Virus record (IMG/VR): IMGVR_UViG_3300042892_004016 | Span: 32,001-96,000 of that record | Source of the DNA: a virus | Reading direction: 5' to 3' (one strand) | Length of the DNA: 64,000 nt | Shown: piece by piece, positions 48,401 to 57,213 of the stretch | Numbering within the stretch: position 1 is the stretch's first letter | Layout: each line of letters starts with the position of its first letter | Notes under the pieces: model-generated | Database searches by the model: none | What the model saw: only the letters and a program-made list of their open reading frames with translations | Told to the model about the DNA's origin: nothing | Made by a program: the position numbers and the translations under genes

Positions 48401-49311
48401 TAAGTAATACCTATGTTACATTTGCAGGTCTAAATGGCAAGTTAGTTAACAGTACTAACTTCAAATTTGACACTGCTACTAACACATTAGATGTTACTGG
48501 TACTGCAAACGTAAGCGGTACAATTAATGCAGCTAACGTAACTGTTTCTAACTTAACTGGTGGCCGCGTAACTTTTGCTGAGGCGTCAACTGATAGATTA
48601 GTTGATAGCACAAACTTAACATTTGATGCAACCACTGATACGTTAACAACTATTACTGCTAATGTAACAACATTGAACTCGGGTACTATTGTTAATACAG
48701 GCGACATTACAGCTGGTAACGTTTATGCTAACTCAGGTACAGTTAAAGCTACTTACTTAACGGGTTTATTAACAACAGCAGCGCAGACAAACATAACAAG
48801 TTTGAGCACATTGACAGGATTGAGTGTTAATGGTACTGCAAACTTGAGCGCAGTCGGTAATGTAATTATTACTGGTGGTACTGCTGGACAATACCTAAAA
48901 GCAACAAACAGCTCAGGTGGATTAGAGTATGCTTCATTAGATACAAGTATCATTGCAAATGATACAAGTAACGTGACTATTGCTACTGCTAACGGAACAG
49001 TTAACACAAATGTTAATGGTTCACTAAAGCTTGAAGTTACTGGTACTGGTGCAAATGTAACTGGTATATTAGAAGTCTCTGGTAATGTTAACAGTGACAA
49101 CTTGAACACTGGGTTAATTACTGCTGATGCAAACGTTGACAGTACAAGCTCAATTACAGGAACTGTTAAAGTTACAGGTGGTTTAGCTGCAACAGGTAAT
49201 ATATACACTGGAAAGTCAGTTGGTTTTGCTGATAACGCCGGTGGATCTGCAAGTAAAGCGTACATTCAATTCAACGCAACAGCAAACAGTCTAGACTTTA
49301 TCTTCGATTAA
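45490..49311 (+). CDS. Long fibre protein (1273 aa), N-terminal SGTRVYG and C-terminal SLDFIF
   Basis: Two DP(I/V)..LGGG...DRG domains, repeated LT..RV.FA....L.DS.NL.F units, duplicated YANGVAWDLQQAAGDTGQIQFNNGDDF. Confidence 0.8.
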   Translation: MAKLKSGTRVYGGLTVDTTLLVQTDATITGNLTVNGTTTSVNTTNITVKDPIIDLGGGADGAALTTNDGKDRGTLLRYFDAAAETPVAKNAFMGWDNSSGEFAVASNVTIVGEIVTSYTYGNVRAGIFHGDAAGLTNIQGAQVSGTVALASAATTAGTVTTAAQPTITSVGTLTGLDVSGTTDLSTVNSDGIVTISNATAATSTTSGALQVTGGAGIGGNLHVGGTITGSFSGTTSAPGSTTQVVFNDAGTSNATAEFTFNKTTNTVSTVNLVLSGAANVGTDINMTGATASIKGTTLTANGSTALNLEGSTSNIALAATGAIITTAGGNVKLDNSGDLTLSTGALKLPNANISSTGTANLGGALNVVNTANVADVIARNFTENQIAYSDGTSKLVGSGSFTYNAGSSTLAAPTVSATDVNTANVTASSLTETRVTFAGTSGKLVDSANLAFNSTSKTLSVDNATMSGTAQAAEVIVTTLTSTRLPFVDSDKSLTDNANLTFTGGNVLTVTGNVAATNILTDNLRYANGVAWDLQQAAGDTGQIQFNNGDDFTASANLSFNTTGNTLTTDNLQLNADANVANATVRSLTSGRVTLAGTGGKLEDSSGLTFSSSNLAVAGNIAMSGAANISGANVVSATTANITTLNATGSADIGIDLKVSGNANVVGTLKAGDTTIAGNLTVTGTTTSVNTTVTQLTDPVFELGGGANGAPLDTDDGMDRGLVLHRYEGASVVDSFMGWDNSASEFVLAKNVTITDNVVIVPGTTAAEITANLGDLRIANIFAQNANFGGVVFSEGNVTLGAGSKFVGTLEGDVVGNFSGDITVTGGAGAIQFADADDLLTSSANLNFVDSTQTLTVGNGTTTGEVKANLITGTLTTAAQPNVTSVGTLTSLTVTGDVAAGNVKTNNLLYANGVAWDLQQAAGDTGQIQFNNGDDFSASANLTFADNTLTVTGTANVIGTVNAANVTVSSLSNTYVTFAGLNGKLVNSTNFKFDTATNTLDVTGTANVSGTINAANVTVSNLTGGRVTFAEASTDRLVDSTNLTFDATTDTLTTITANVTTLNSGTIVNTGDITAGNVYANSGTVKATYLTGLLTTAAQTNITSLSTLTGLSVNGTANLSAVGNVIITGGTAGQYLKATNSSGGLEYASLDTSIIANDTSNVTIATANGTVNTNVNGSLKLEVTGTGANVTGILEVSGNVNSDNLNTGLITADANVDSTSSITGTVKVTGGLAATGNIYTGKSVGFADNAGGSASKAYIQFNATANSLDFIFD

Positions 49312-49322
49312 TTGAGGATACC

Positions 49323-49553
49323 ATGTCTGTGATTGCGGCAAGGCTGAGCAATACCGGAACACTCTACTCCAACACTGTTGGAGTAGGGTTCGATGAAATC
49401 AGTAAGAACCATATAAGCGTCACCCCAACCGGGGTGTTCGCTACTGGTTTGGATGAAGTCACCGGAACAGAAAACGGTAGTGCTATGCAACAGCTAAATA
49501 CTAATGTACTACGAATTTCGGGAGTTTTTGACGAAGTATCTGGAATAGCATAA
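49323..49553 (+). CDS. Minimal adaptor-like protein (76 aa), paralogue of 44516 lacking the LamG insert
   Basis: ARLSNTGTL...FDE...AMQQL...LRI...FDE.SGI versus ARLTNDGTL...FDE...AMKQL...LRV...IDE.TGI; SD GAGG. Confidence 0.75.
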   Translation: MSVIAARLSNTGTLYSNTVGVGFDEISKNHISVTPTGVFATGLDEVTGTENGSAMQQLNTNVLRISGVFDEVSGIA

Positions 49554-49556
49554 GTA
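49551..49556 (+). promoter_or_regulatory. Putative late promoter (CA)TAAGTA
   Basis: Overlaps the 49323 stop codon, upstream of 49583. Confidence 0.45.
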
Positions 49557-49582
49557 GTATGTACATTTTGAGATAAAAAAAT

Positions 49583-52483
49583 ATGGCATTACTACAGTCA
49601 GGTACTAGAATATACGGAAACGCAATAATAGACACCAGTCTATCTATTAGTGGATCCGACACCAGCACTAGCAACTCCACCGGAGCACTAAAAGTATCCG
49701 GTGGCATAGGTGTAGTTGGTAATGTATTCAGTTCTGGTAATGTAACAGCACTAAACGCCAATTTAGGTAACCTTGTGGTTGCCAATTACTATACTGGCAC
49801 ACTAACAACAGCAGCACAACCAAATATAACCAGCGTGGGCACACTAACTCAGTTAAGTGTGTCGGGTAACGCAACCATTACAGGTAATCTCACAGTCAAC
49901 GGCACTGCTTTCTACGCCAACGTGGTTACCCTAAACGTAAAAGACCCTATAATTGAACAGGGCGGTAGCACAGATGGTGCACCACTTGTAGCAGATGACG
50001 GTGTAGACCGAGGTCAATTACTACATTACTATGATCAAGCACCCATTGATGCATTCATGGGCTGGAAAAATGCAAACAGCGAATTCATATTTGCCAGCAA
50101 CGCATCATTAACAGATAACACAGTAACAGTAAACTCATTGGGCAATGTCAGAGCCAATGCATTTATTGGTACTTTTATTGGAACGGCTGATACAGCAAAA
50201 CAAGTTACAGAAAGCACACAGTCTAACATAACCAGTGTTGGAACTCTCACCAGTTTAACAGTGAGTGGCGATATAACTGGCACACTGGCCACAGCAGCAC
50301 AACCCAATATAACCAGTTTAGGTAACTTAACTGGACTTAGAGTAACTGGCGTATCTAACGTTGGTCCAATTGGCAATCTAAAGATAACCGGTGGTACAAA
50401 CGGATACGTAATACAAACAGATGGAACTGGCAACTTAAGTTGGGCAAATCTCAGTGCTAGCTTGGGTAATGCCAATGTAGCAGGCAGTAACACACAGATT
50501 CAATACAATGATGGCACTAATCTAGCAGGCAGTGCCAATCTTACATTCAACGCATCAACCAGTACGCTGGCAGTAATAGGCAACATTACTTCTACTAATG
50601 CTCTTTTAGGTAATCTGGCAACAGCCAACTTCTTTAGTGGCGACGGTAGCTTATTAACCAATCTAAATATTGCAGCAGCCAGCGTAGCAAATGCAAACTA
50701 TGCGGCCTATGCAGGCACCGTAACAACAAACGCACAGCCCAACATCACCAGTGTTGGTACATTAACCAACTTGACGGTTAGTGGCTCCACCAATCTGGGA
50801 GCAGTGGGTAATGTATCAATTACTGGTGGTACTGCTGGCTATGTATTAAAAACAGATGGCACTGGCAACTTAAGTTGGGTAGCGCAACCCAGTGTCAGTT
50901 CAATTACAGTAGATAATTTTACTGGTAACGGAGTACAAACTCAGTTCACTCTGAGCACCACGCCAGCAAACGTTAATCAAACTTCAGTTAACTACAATGG
51001 CACAACACTACTACGCAGTGCGTACACACTGTCAGGTGCAGTTATCACCTTCAGTGGCGCTCCTGCAGATGGTTCATTACTTGAGATAACATCTATCAGT
51101 GCAATGATTGGCACTGGTGGCACCAGTGTCAGCGCTGGAGTAAAAATTACTGCAGTGACTCCACCGGCACCGCAAACTGTAGTAGATATTGCAGGTGGAG
51201 AAACAGTTACGGTGACTGGCAGTGGATTCAACTCTGGCGTCATCTCATATATAGATTCCACAGCATGTACTACAACTTATGGCAATAGCACCAGTCTAAC
51301 ATTTGTTACTCCTGCGTTTGCGGCCGGACTCTATAATTTATTCTTGTACAATACTGATGGCTCCAGTGGCGTTAAGCCAGCTGGCATAAGATTCAATCAG
51401 CCTCCGGTTTGGGTTACAAGCGCAGGCGCTCTACTAACATCCGGCATGAATTCTTCATATGCAACTGCAGTGGCAGCTACTGGTACTGGAATCGCATATA
51501 GTGTAACTTCCGGCTCGCTGCCCACAGGGTTAAGCTTAAATTCGAGTACCGGTGACATCACTGGAACCCCTACCGTAGAACAAACAGCCAACTTCACTGT
51601 AACAGCAGTTAACAGTTACAATCAACCTACTGCACGATCATTTAGCATACAGATATTGGGTGCAGCTATGGTCGATTATTTAGTAGTGGCCGGAGGCGGT
51701 AGCGGAGGATCATATGGTGGTGGTGGTGGTGCCGGCGGCCTAATATATGCTACTGAAGTTGCATTTACTCCCGGTACTGCGTACACTGTAACAGTGGGTG
51801 CGGGCGGCGTTGCAACCCCTACTGCCGGAGTTATCGGGGCTAATTCGACAATAACCGGTGCTGGATTTGCCAGTGTGATTGCATATGGTGGAGGCAGAGG
51901 AGGAAGTCAACTTAATACTCCTCCTATTGATGGTGGCGATGGTGGATCGGGTGGTGGCGCCGGAGTAAACGGTAGTGGTTCAGCTGTTGGTGGTAAAGGA
52001 GTTTATCCAGGATCAACCTATATAAGTGCTGCACGACAGGGATATGATGGTGGCGCATATAATACTGGTGGAAATAACAATGCAGGTGGTGGCGGCGGTG
52101 CTGGAGGTGCAGGATATAATAGTGGTTCAGCTGGTAATGTAGGAGTCGGCGGCGCCGGCGCATCAAATTCAATAACTGGCACTGCCATAAATTACGCAGG
52201 TGGCGGCGGTGGCGGCGGCTATGGCGGGTTAAGTTTGGGTGGCGCTGGTGGCGGCACAGGCGGCAGTGGCAGTGGTACACTTGCTACTGCTGGCACAGTT
52301 AACACTGGTGGTGGCGGAGGTGGCGGTGGTTATAGTCCATCAACTGGCGGCAATGGCGGCTCGGGTGTGGTTATCCTCAGAACAGCATTTACCGCTGCAT
52401 CAACTACGGGGTCACCTACTGTAACTACCAATGCAGGATACAACGTATACAAGTTTACCACTTCAGGTACAATAACATTTTAA
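49583..52483 (+). CDS. Fibre protein with IPT/TIG, Ig-like and C-terminal glycine-rich domains (966 aa)
   Basis: N-terminal SGTRIYG; GGETVTVTGSGF (IPT); YSVTSGSLPTGLSLNSSTG.ITGTP (He_PIG-like); YLVVAGGG...GGSGVVI glycine-rich tip. Confidence 0.8.
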   Translation: MALLQSGTRIYGNAIIDTSLSISGSDTSTSNSTGALKVSGGIGVVGNVFSSGNVTALNANLGNLVVANYYTGTLTTAAQPNITSVGTLTQLSVSGNATITGNLTVNGTAFYANVVTLNVKDPIIEQGGSTDGAPLVADDGVDRGQLLHYYDQAPIDAFMGWKNANSEFIFASNASLTDNTVTVNSLGNVRANAFIGTFIGTADTAKQVTESTQSNITSVGTLTSLTVSGDITGTLATAAQPNITSLGNLTGLRVTGVSNVGPIGNLKITGGTNGYVIQTDGTGNLSWANLSASLGNANVAGSNTQIQYNDGTNLAGSANLTFNASTSTLAVIGNITSTNALLGNLATANFFSGDGSLLTNLNIAAASVANANYAAYAGTVTTNAQPNITSVGTLTNLTVSGSTNLGAVGNVSITGGTAGYVLKTDGTGNLSWVAQPSVSSITVDNFTGNGVQTQFTLSTTPANVNQTSVNYNGTTLLRSAYTLSGAVITFSGAPADGSLLEITSISAMIGTGGTSVSAGVKITAVTPPAPQTVVDIAGGETVTVTGSGFNSGVISYIDSTACTTTYGNSTSLTFVTPAFAAGLYNLFLYNTDGSSGVKPAGIRFNQPPVWVTSAGALLTSGMNSSYATAVAATGTGIAYSVTSGSLPTGLSLNSSTGDITGTPTVEQTANFTVTAVNSYNQPTARSFSIQILGAAMVDYLVVAGGGSGGSYGGGGGAGGLIYATEVAFTPGTAYTVTVGAGGVATPTAGVIGANSTITGAGFASVIAYGGGRGGSQLNTPPIDGGDGGSGGGAGVNGSGSAVGGKGVYPGSTYISAARQGYDGGAYNTGGNNNAGGGGGAGGAGYNSGSAGNVGVGGAGASNSITGTAINYAGGGGGGGYGGLSLGGAGGGTGGSGSGTLATAGTVNTGGGGGGGGYSPSTGGNGGSGVVILRTAFTAASTTGSPTVTTNAGYNVYKFTTSGTITF

Positions 52484-52498
52484 TTAAAGGAAACCAAA

Positions 52499-52861
52499 AT
52501 GGCACATTTTGCACAAATAGATGATACAAACACAGTAGTACAAGTTATCGTAGCAGAGCAAGACTTTATCAATTCAGGAGCAGTAGGACCTGCAGATAAA
52601 TGGATTCAAACCAGTTACAACACATATGCTGGTGAACACAAACTGGGTGGCACTCCAATGCGCAAGAACTACGCTGGCATCGGATACACATACGACCCAG
52701 CACTGGATGCGTTTTACGCTAAAAGCCCATTTGCCAGTTGGACTCTGAACACAGGTACTTGCCAGTGGGAAGCTCCTACTCCAATGCCAGTGGCTGAGGG
52801 AAAAATGTACAACTGGGATGAGGCTACTACCAGCTGGACTGAATCAGATGTACCACAATAA
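52499..52861 (+). CDS. Small conserved fibre-associated protein (120 aa)
   Basis: MAHFAQID...WIQTSYN...RKNYAGIGYTYD...W.AP.PMP...WDE; follows the glycine-rich tip gene; SD AAGGA. Confidence 0.75.
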   Translation: MAHFAQIDDTNTVVQVIVAEQDFINSGAVGPADKWIQTSYNTYAGEHKLGGTPMRKNYAGIGYTYDPALDAFYAKSPFASWTLNTGTCQWEAPTPMPVAEGKMYNWDEATTSWTESDVPQ

Positions 52862-52906
52862 TAACAATTAAGCTATACTAGCTTACCCATAATGCTTAAG
52901 ATAAGC

Positions 52907-52912
52907 TAAATA
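52907..52912 (+). promoter_or_regulatory. Putative late promoter (GC)TAAATA
   Basis: Upstream of 52933, SD AAGGA. Confidence 0.7.
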
Positions 52913-52932
52913 TAGATATAAGGAAAACTGAC

Positions 52933-55900
52933 ATGTCAATCACACTACTACAACCATTCAACTTAGATACAACCAAAGACTACACCTTTACTACGGTAAC
53001 GGCCAATATAAAAACAGACAATTTGCTGTATGCAAATGGCTCCGCTTGGAGTTTTGTCTCAGTTGCAGGATCAAACACATACCTACAATTCAACGATAGT
53101 GGTAGTTTTGGCGCAGTTGCCAATCTAGCATTCAATAAATCAACTAACACGCTGACGGTAGATAATATCGTAGCCAATGGTAGTGGATTGACTAGCATAA
53201 CTGGCGCTAATGTAACTGGTGCAGTTGCATTTGCAACAACAGCCAACGCAGTAGCAGGCGCCAATGTTTCAGGTGCAGTGGCATTCGCAACGACTGCCAA
53301 TAGTGTAGCTGGTGCAAATGTTTCAGGTACTGTGGCAAGTGCTACAGTAGCAGCAAGTGCAAACGCAGTAGCTGGTGCTAATGTAAGTGGTGAAGTCAGT
53401 TTCGCAGCAACGGCCAATAGTGTAGCTGGAGCTAATGTAAGTGGTACAGTTGCAAGTGCTACCGTAGCATCAAGTGCCAACAGTGTAGCCGGCGCTAACG
53501 TAACTGGTCAAGTAGCCAACGCACTGGTATCAGGTACTGTGTATACCAATGCACAACCAAATATCACAAGTGTTGGTACCCTAACTGCATTGAGCGTTAC
53601 TGGTACAGCAACAGCAGGTAACTTAAGTACCAGCGGCACATTAGCTGCTGGCGATGCAACTATTACTGGTAATCTAACAGTAAGTGGTTCTACTATAACT
53701 GCCAATGTCACTACTATCAATGTCAGAGATCCAATCATTGAGCAGGGTGGCGACACAGCCGGAGCATTGACTACAAATGACGGCAAAGACAGAGGTCAGA
53801 TACTACATTACTATGATGGCGCTGCAAAAGATGCGTTCATGGGCTGGGATAACAGCAATGGAGAATTCGCATTTGGTAGCAATGTTACCACGCTAAATGA
53901 AGTTATTACATATAATACATTGGGTAACGTAAGAGCCAATGTGTTTATTGGTGCTCTAAGTGGAGCAGCCACAACAGCAGGTACAGTAACAACAAACGCA
54001 CAACCAAATATTACTTCAGTTGGTACACTGAGTGCCCTATCTGTTACAGGCAACATATCATCAGGTAACGCCAGTTTAGGTAATTTAGCAACTGCCAGCT
54101 ACTTCAGTGGTGATGGTAGCTTATTAACCAATTTAAACATCTCGGCAGCTACAGTAGCCAATGCAAACTATGCAGCTTATGCAGGTAACATAACAACGGC
54201 AGCACAGCCAAATATTACAAGTGTTGGTACACTAACTGATTTGAGTGTAACTGGTAACATTGGTGCAGGTAATGTAACTGCAGTCACTACAGTAACTGCA
54301 GCTCAGTTTGTGGGTAACGGCGTAGGAATAACAAATATAGCTGGTGCTAATGTAACAGGCACTGTAGCAAGCGCCACTGTGGCAGCAAGTGCAAATGCAG
54401 TAGCAGGTGCTAATGTCTCAGGAACGGTAGCCAGTGCCACAGTAGCAACCACTGCAAACGCAGTAGCAGGTGCTAACGTATCAGGCGAAGTCACATTCGC
54501 AGCAACAGCCAATGCAGTAGCTGGCGCGAATGTCTCAGGCGCGGTTGCATTCGCAACAACTGCCAATGCAGTAGCAGGCGGCAACGTAAGTGGTCAAGTA
54601 AGCTACGCAGCAGTAGCCAATAGCGTAGCAGGTGCTAACGTAAATGGTGAAGTAGCTAATGCAGCATTCTCCACACTCTCAGGAACAGCAAGCACTGCCA
54701 ATGCAGTAGCTGGTGCCAATGTTTCAGGTGCAGTGGCTTTTGCAACAACTGCAAATAGCGTAGCAGGTGCCAATGTAAGTGGTACAGTCTCTAGTGCAAC
54801 CAATGCAACAACTGCAGCAACCGCAAATAGTGTAGCAGGTGCTAACGTAACTGGTGCAGTAAGTTTCGCAACAACAGCAAACGCTGTGGCAGGTGCTAAT
54901 GTTTCAGGTGCAGTTGCATTTGCAACAACCGCAAACGCAGTAGCAGGCGCCAATGTCTCAGGCGAAGTCGCATTCGCGGCAACAGCAAACGCAGTGGCAG
55001 GTGCAAATGTCTCAGGACAAGTAGCTAACGCACTGATAGCAGGTACAGTATATACAAACGCACAACCAAACATTACAAGCGTTGGTACATTAACTGCGCT
55101 ATCAGTAACAGGTAATATTAGTTCAGGTAACGCCAGTCTAGGTAATGCAGCCAGTGCCACTTATTTCATCGGTGATGGTAGCCTATTAACTAATCTCAGT
55201 ATCTCAACCGCTAGTGTAGCAAATGCAAACTATGCTGCATATGCAGGTAACGTTACGATAGCAGGACAAGCAAACATTACCAGTGTTGGGACATTAACAA
55301 GCCTAGCAGTAACTGGTAACATTGGTGCAGGTAATGTAACTGCAACTGGTACAGTAACCGCAGCCCAGTTTGTGGGCAACGGCGTAGGAATAACAGACGT
55401 AGCTGGTGCTAATGTTAGTGGTCAAGTAGCTAATGCACTAGTTGCAGGCACCGTATATACTAATGCACAGCCAAACATTACAAGCGTTGGTACATTAACC
55501 AGCTTGACAGTTACTGGTACAGCAACAGCAGGTAATTTAAGCACTGGTGGCACATTGAGTGCAGGCGATGCAACTATAACAGGTAACTTGACTGTTAGCG
55601 GTGCTACTATAACTGCCAATGTTACTTCAATCAATGTCAAAGATCCAATTATTGAGCAGGGCGGTAATACTTCTGGTGCGCTATCTACAAATGACGGCAA
55701 AGACAGAGGTCAAATACTACACTACTACACAACAGCTCCAGTTGATGCGTTCATGGGTTGGGATAACTCAAATGCAGAATTCGCATTTGGTAGCAATGTA
55801 AGCATAGCAAGCGAAGTAACTACATTTAACACTCTGGGTAACATTCGTGCGCAACACGTGTATGCTAACATAGATGCTGCAAACATAGTAGGAACAGTGG

Positions 55901-57126
55901 CCAGTGCCACTATAGCAGCTAGTGCAAATGCAGTAGCTGGTGCCAATGTCTCAGGCGCAGTTGCATTCGCAACAACAGCCAATGCAGTAGCAGGCGCAAA
56001 TGTTTCAGGTGAAGTTACATTCGCAGCAACAGCAAATGCAGTAGCTGGTGCGAATGTAAGTGGTCAAGTAGCTAATGCATTGGTAGCAGGTACAGTATAC
56101 ACTAACGCACAACCAAACATTACTTCAGTTGGTACACTAACTGCGCTATCAGTAACAGGTAACATTAGTTCAGGTAACGCCAGTTTAGGTAATGCAGCCA
56201 GTGCTACGTACTTCATAGGTGATGGTAGTTTACTAACTAACTTAAGCATTGCATCAGCCAGTGTAGCAAATGCAAACTACGCTGCATATGCAGGTAACAT
56301 AACAACTGCAGCACAACCAAATATCACCAGTACTGGTACACTAGTTAACTTGGCAGTATCAGGTAACGTTGTTCTTTCTGGCGCAAACGTAACACTGGGC
56401 ACAGTGGCAAATCTACATGTGGCTGGTGGTACTGCTGATTATGTGTTAAAAACAGACGGTTCAGGTAATCTAAGTTGGGTAGCACAGACTCCTTCAGCAG
56501 TGGTCACAGTAGACAACTTCACTGGCAATGGAGTAGCAACAGCATACACCCTGTCAGTTGATCCAGTCAGTGTAAACAATGTGTTGGTTAACATAAACGG
56601 TGCAACTCAGTTAAGAGAAGCATACTCAGTATCAGGCACTACTCTGACATTTAGTTCAGCACCGCCTAATACTTCAAAGATTGAAATCACTACATTTGGC
56701 TTAACTGCTGGTGGCGCGGGTGGTGGCGGTGCAAGTGCATTAAACGACTTGACCGATGTAACTATAACATCACCTAGTACTAATCAAGTTGTAAAGTACA
56801 ATGGAAGCAGTTGGGTAAATGCTACTATCCCTGGAGTTAGCTACGTAGATGTTGTTGCTAACTACTCATTGGTTGCAGGTACCAAATATATTGTTAACAC
56901 ATCAAGTGCCAACTTGACACTGACATTGCCTAGTTCAGGAACACTGGGTGAAGAAATCAGTATCATAGACGGTACAGGTAATGCCAGTACTCATGCAATC
57001 ACAGTGGCTAGGAATGGTGGCAATATTCAAGGATTGGCCAGTGACATGACTGTTAGTACAGATAGAGCAGCGTTTACTCTAGTGTACTACAACAGCACTC
57101 AGGGTTGGATTCTCACTAACGTTTAA
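52933..57126 (+). CDS. Highly repetitive long fibre protein (1397 aa) with C-terminal gp34/gp9-10-like domain
   Basis: About 22 ...ANAVAGANVSG repeats, about 8 QPNITS.GTL-type repeats, two DPIIEQGG..DRG domains; C-terminal VNTS....TLTLP...GEEI.IID......ITV.RNG.NIQG...LVY....GW. Confidence 0.8.
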   Translation: MSITLLQPFNLDTTKDYTFTTVTANIKTDNLLYANGSAWSFVSVAGSNTYLQFNDSGSFGAVANLAFNKSTNTLTVDNIVANGSGLTSITGANVTGAVAFATTANAVAGANVSGAVAFATTANSVAGANVSGTVASATVAASANAVAGANVSGEVSFAATANSVAGANVSGTVASATVASSANSVAGANVTGQVANALVSGTVYTNAQPNITSVGTLTALSVTGTATAGNLSTSGTLAAGDATITGNLTVSGSTITANVTTINVRDPIIEQGGDTAGALTTNDGKDRGQILHYYDGAAKDAFMGWDNSNGEFAFGSNVTTLNEVITYNTLGNVRANVFIGALSGAATTAGTVTTNAQPNITSVGTLSALSVTGNISSGNASLGNLATASYFSGDGSLLTNLNISAATVANANYAAYAGNITTAAQPNITSVGTLTDLSVTGNIGAGNVTAVTTVTAAQFVGNGVGITNIAGANVTGTVASATVAASANAVAGANVSGTVASATVATTANAVAGANVSGEVTFAATANAVAGANVSGAVAFATTANAVAGGNVSGQVSYAAVANSVAGANVNGEVANAAFSTLSGTASTANAVAGANVSGAVAFATTANSVAGANVSGTVSSATNATTAATANSVAGANVTGAVSFATTANAVAGANVSGAVAFATTANAVAGANVSGEVAFAATANAVAGANVSGQVANALIAGTVYTNAQPNITSVGTLTALSVTGNISSGNASLGNAASATYFIGDGSLLTNLSISTASVANANYAAYAGNVTIAGQANITSVGTLTSLAVTGNIGAGNVTATGTVTAAQFVGNGVGITDVAGANVSGQVANALVAGTVYTNAQPNITSVGTLTSLTVTGTATAGNLSTGGTLSAGDATITGNLTVSGATITANVTSINVKDPIIEQGGNTSGALSTNDGKDRGQILHYYTTAPVDAFMGWDNSNAEFAFGSNVSIASEVTTFNTLGNIRAQHVYANIDAANIVGTVASATIAASANAVAGANVSGAVAFATTANAVAGANVSGEVTFAATANAVAGANVSGQVANALVAGTVYTNAQPNITSVGTLTALSVTGNISSGNASLGNAASATYFIGDGSLLTNLSIASASVANANYAAYAGNITTAAQPNITSTGTLVNLAVSGNVVLSGANVTLGTVANLHVAGGTADYVLKTDGSGNLSWVAQTPSAVVTVDNFTGNGVATAYTLSVDPVSVNNVLVNINGATQLREAYSVSGTTLTFSSAPPNTSKIEITTFGLTAGGAGGGGASALNDLTDVTITSPSTNQVVKYNGSSWVNATIPGVSYVDVVANYSLVAGTKYIVNTSSANLTLTLPSSGTLGEEISIIDGTGNASTHAITVARNGGNIQGLASDMTVSTDRAAFTLVYYNSTQGWILTNV
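53195..56070 (+). repeat. Blocks of degenerate, mostly 54-63 bp coding tandem repeats (18-21 aa, AVAFATTANAVAGANVSG / TVASATVAASANAVAGANVSG)
   Basis: Blocks at about 53195-53510, 54335-55020 and 55890-56065. Confidence 0.9.
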
Positions 57127-57135
57127 TATAGTATA

Positions 57136-57169
57136 AAAAAGCACAGACTATGATTAGTTTGTGCTTTTT
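57136..57169 (+). terminator. Intrinsic (possibly bidirectional) terminator
   Basis: AAAAAGCACAGACTA-tgat-TAGTTTGTGCTTTTT. Confidence 0.8.
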
Positions 57170-57213
57170 AAAATGTCATTGCCTGGCATATCCCATCAAA
57201 TAACAAAGAGAAC

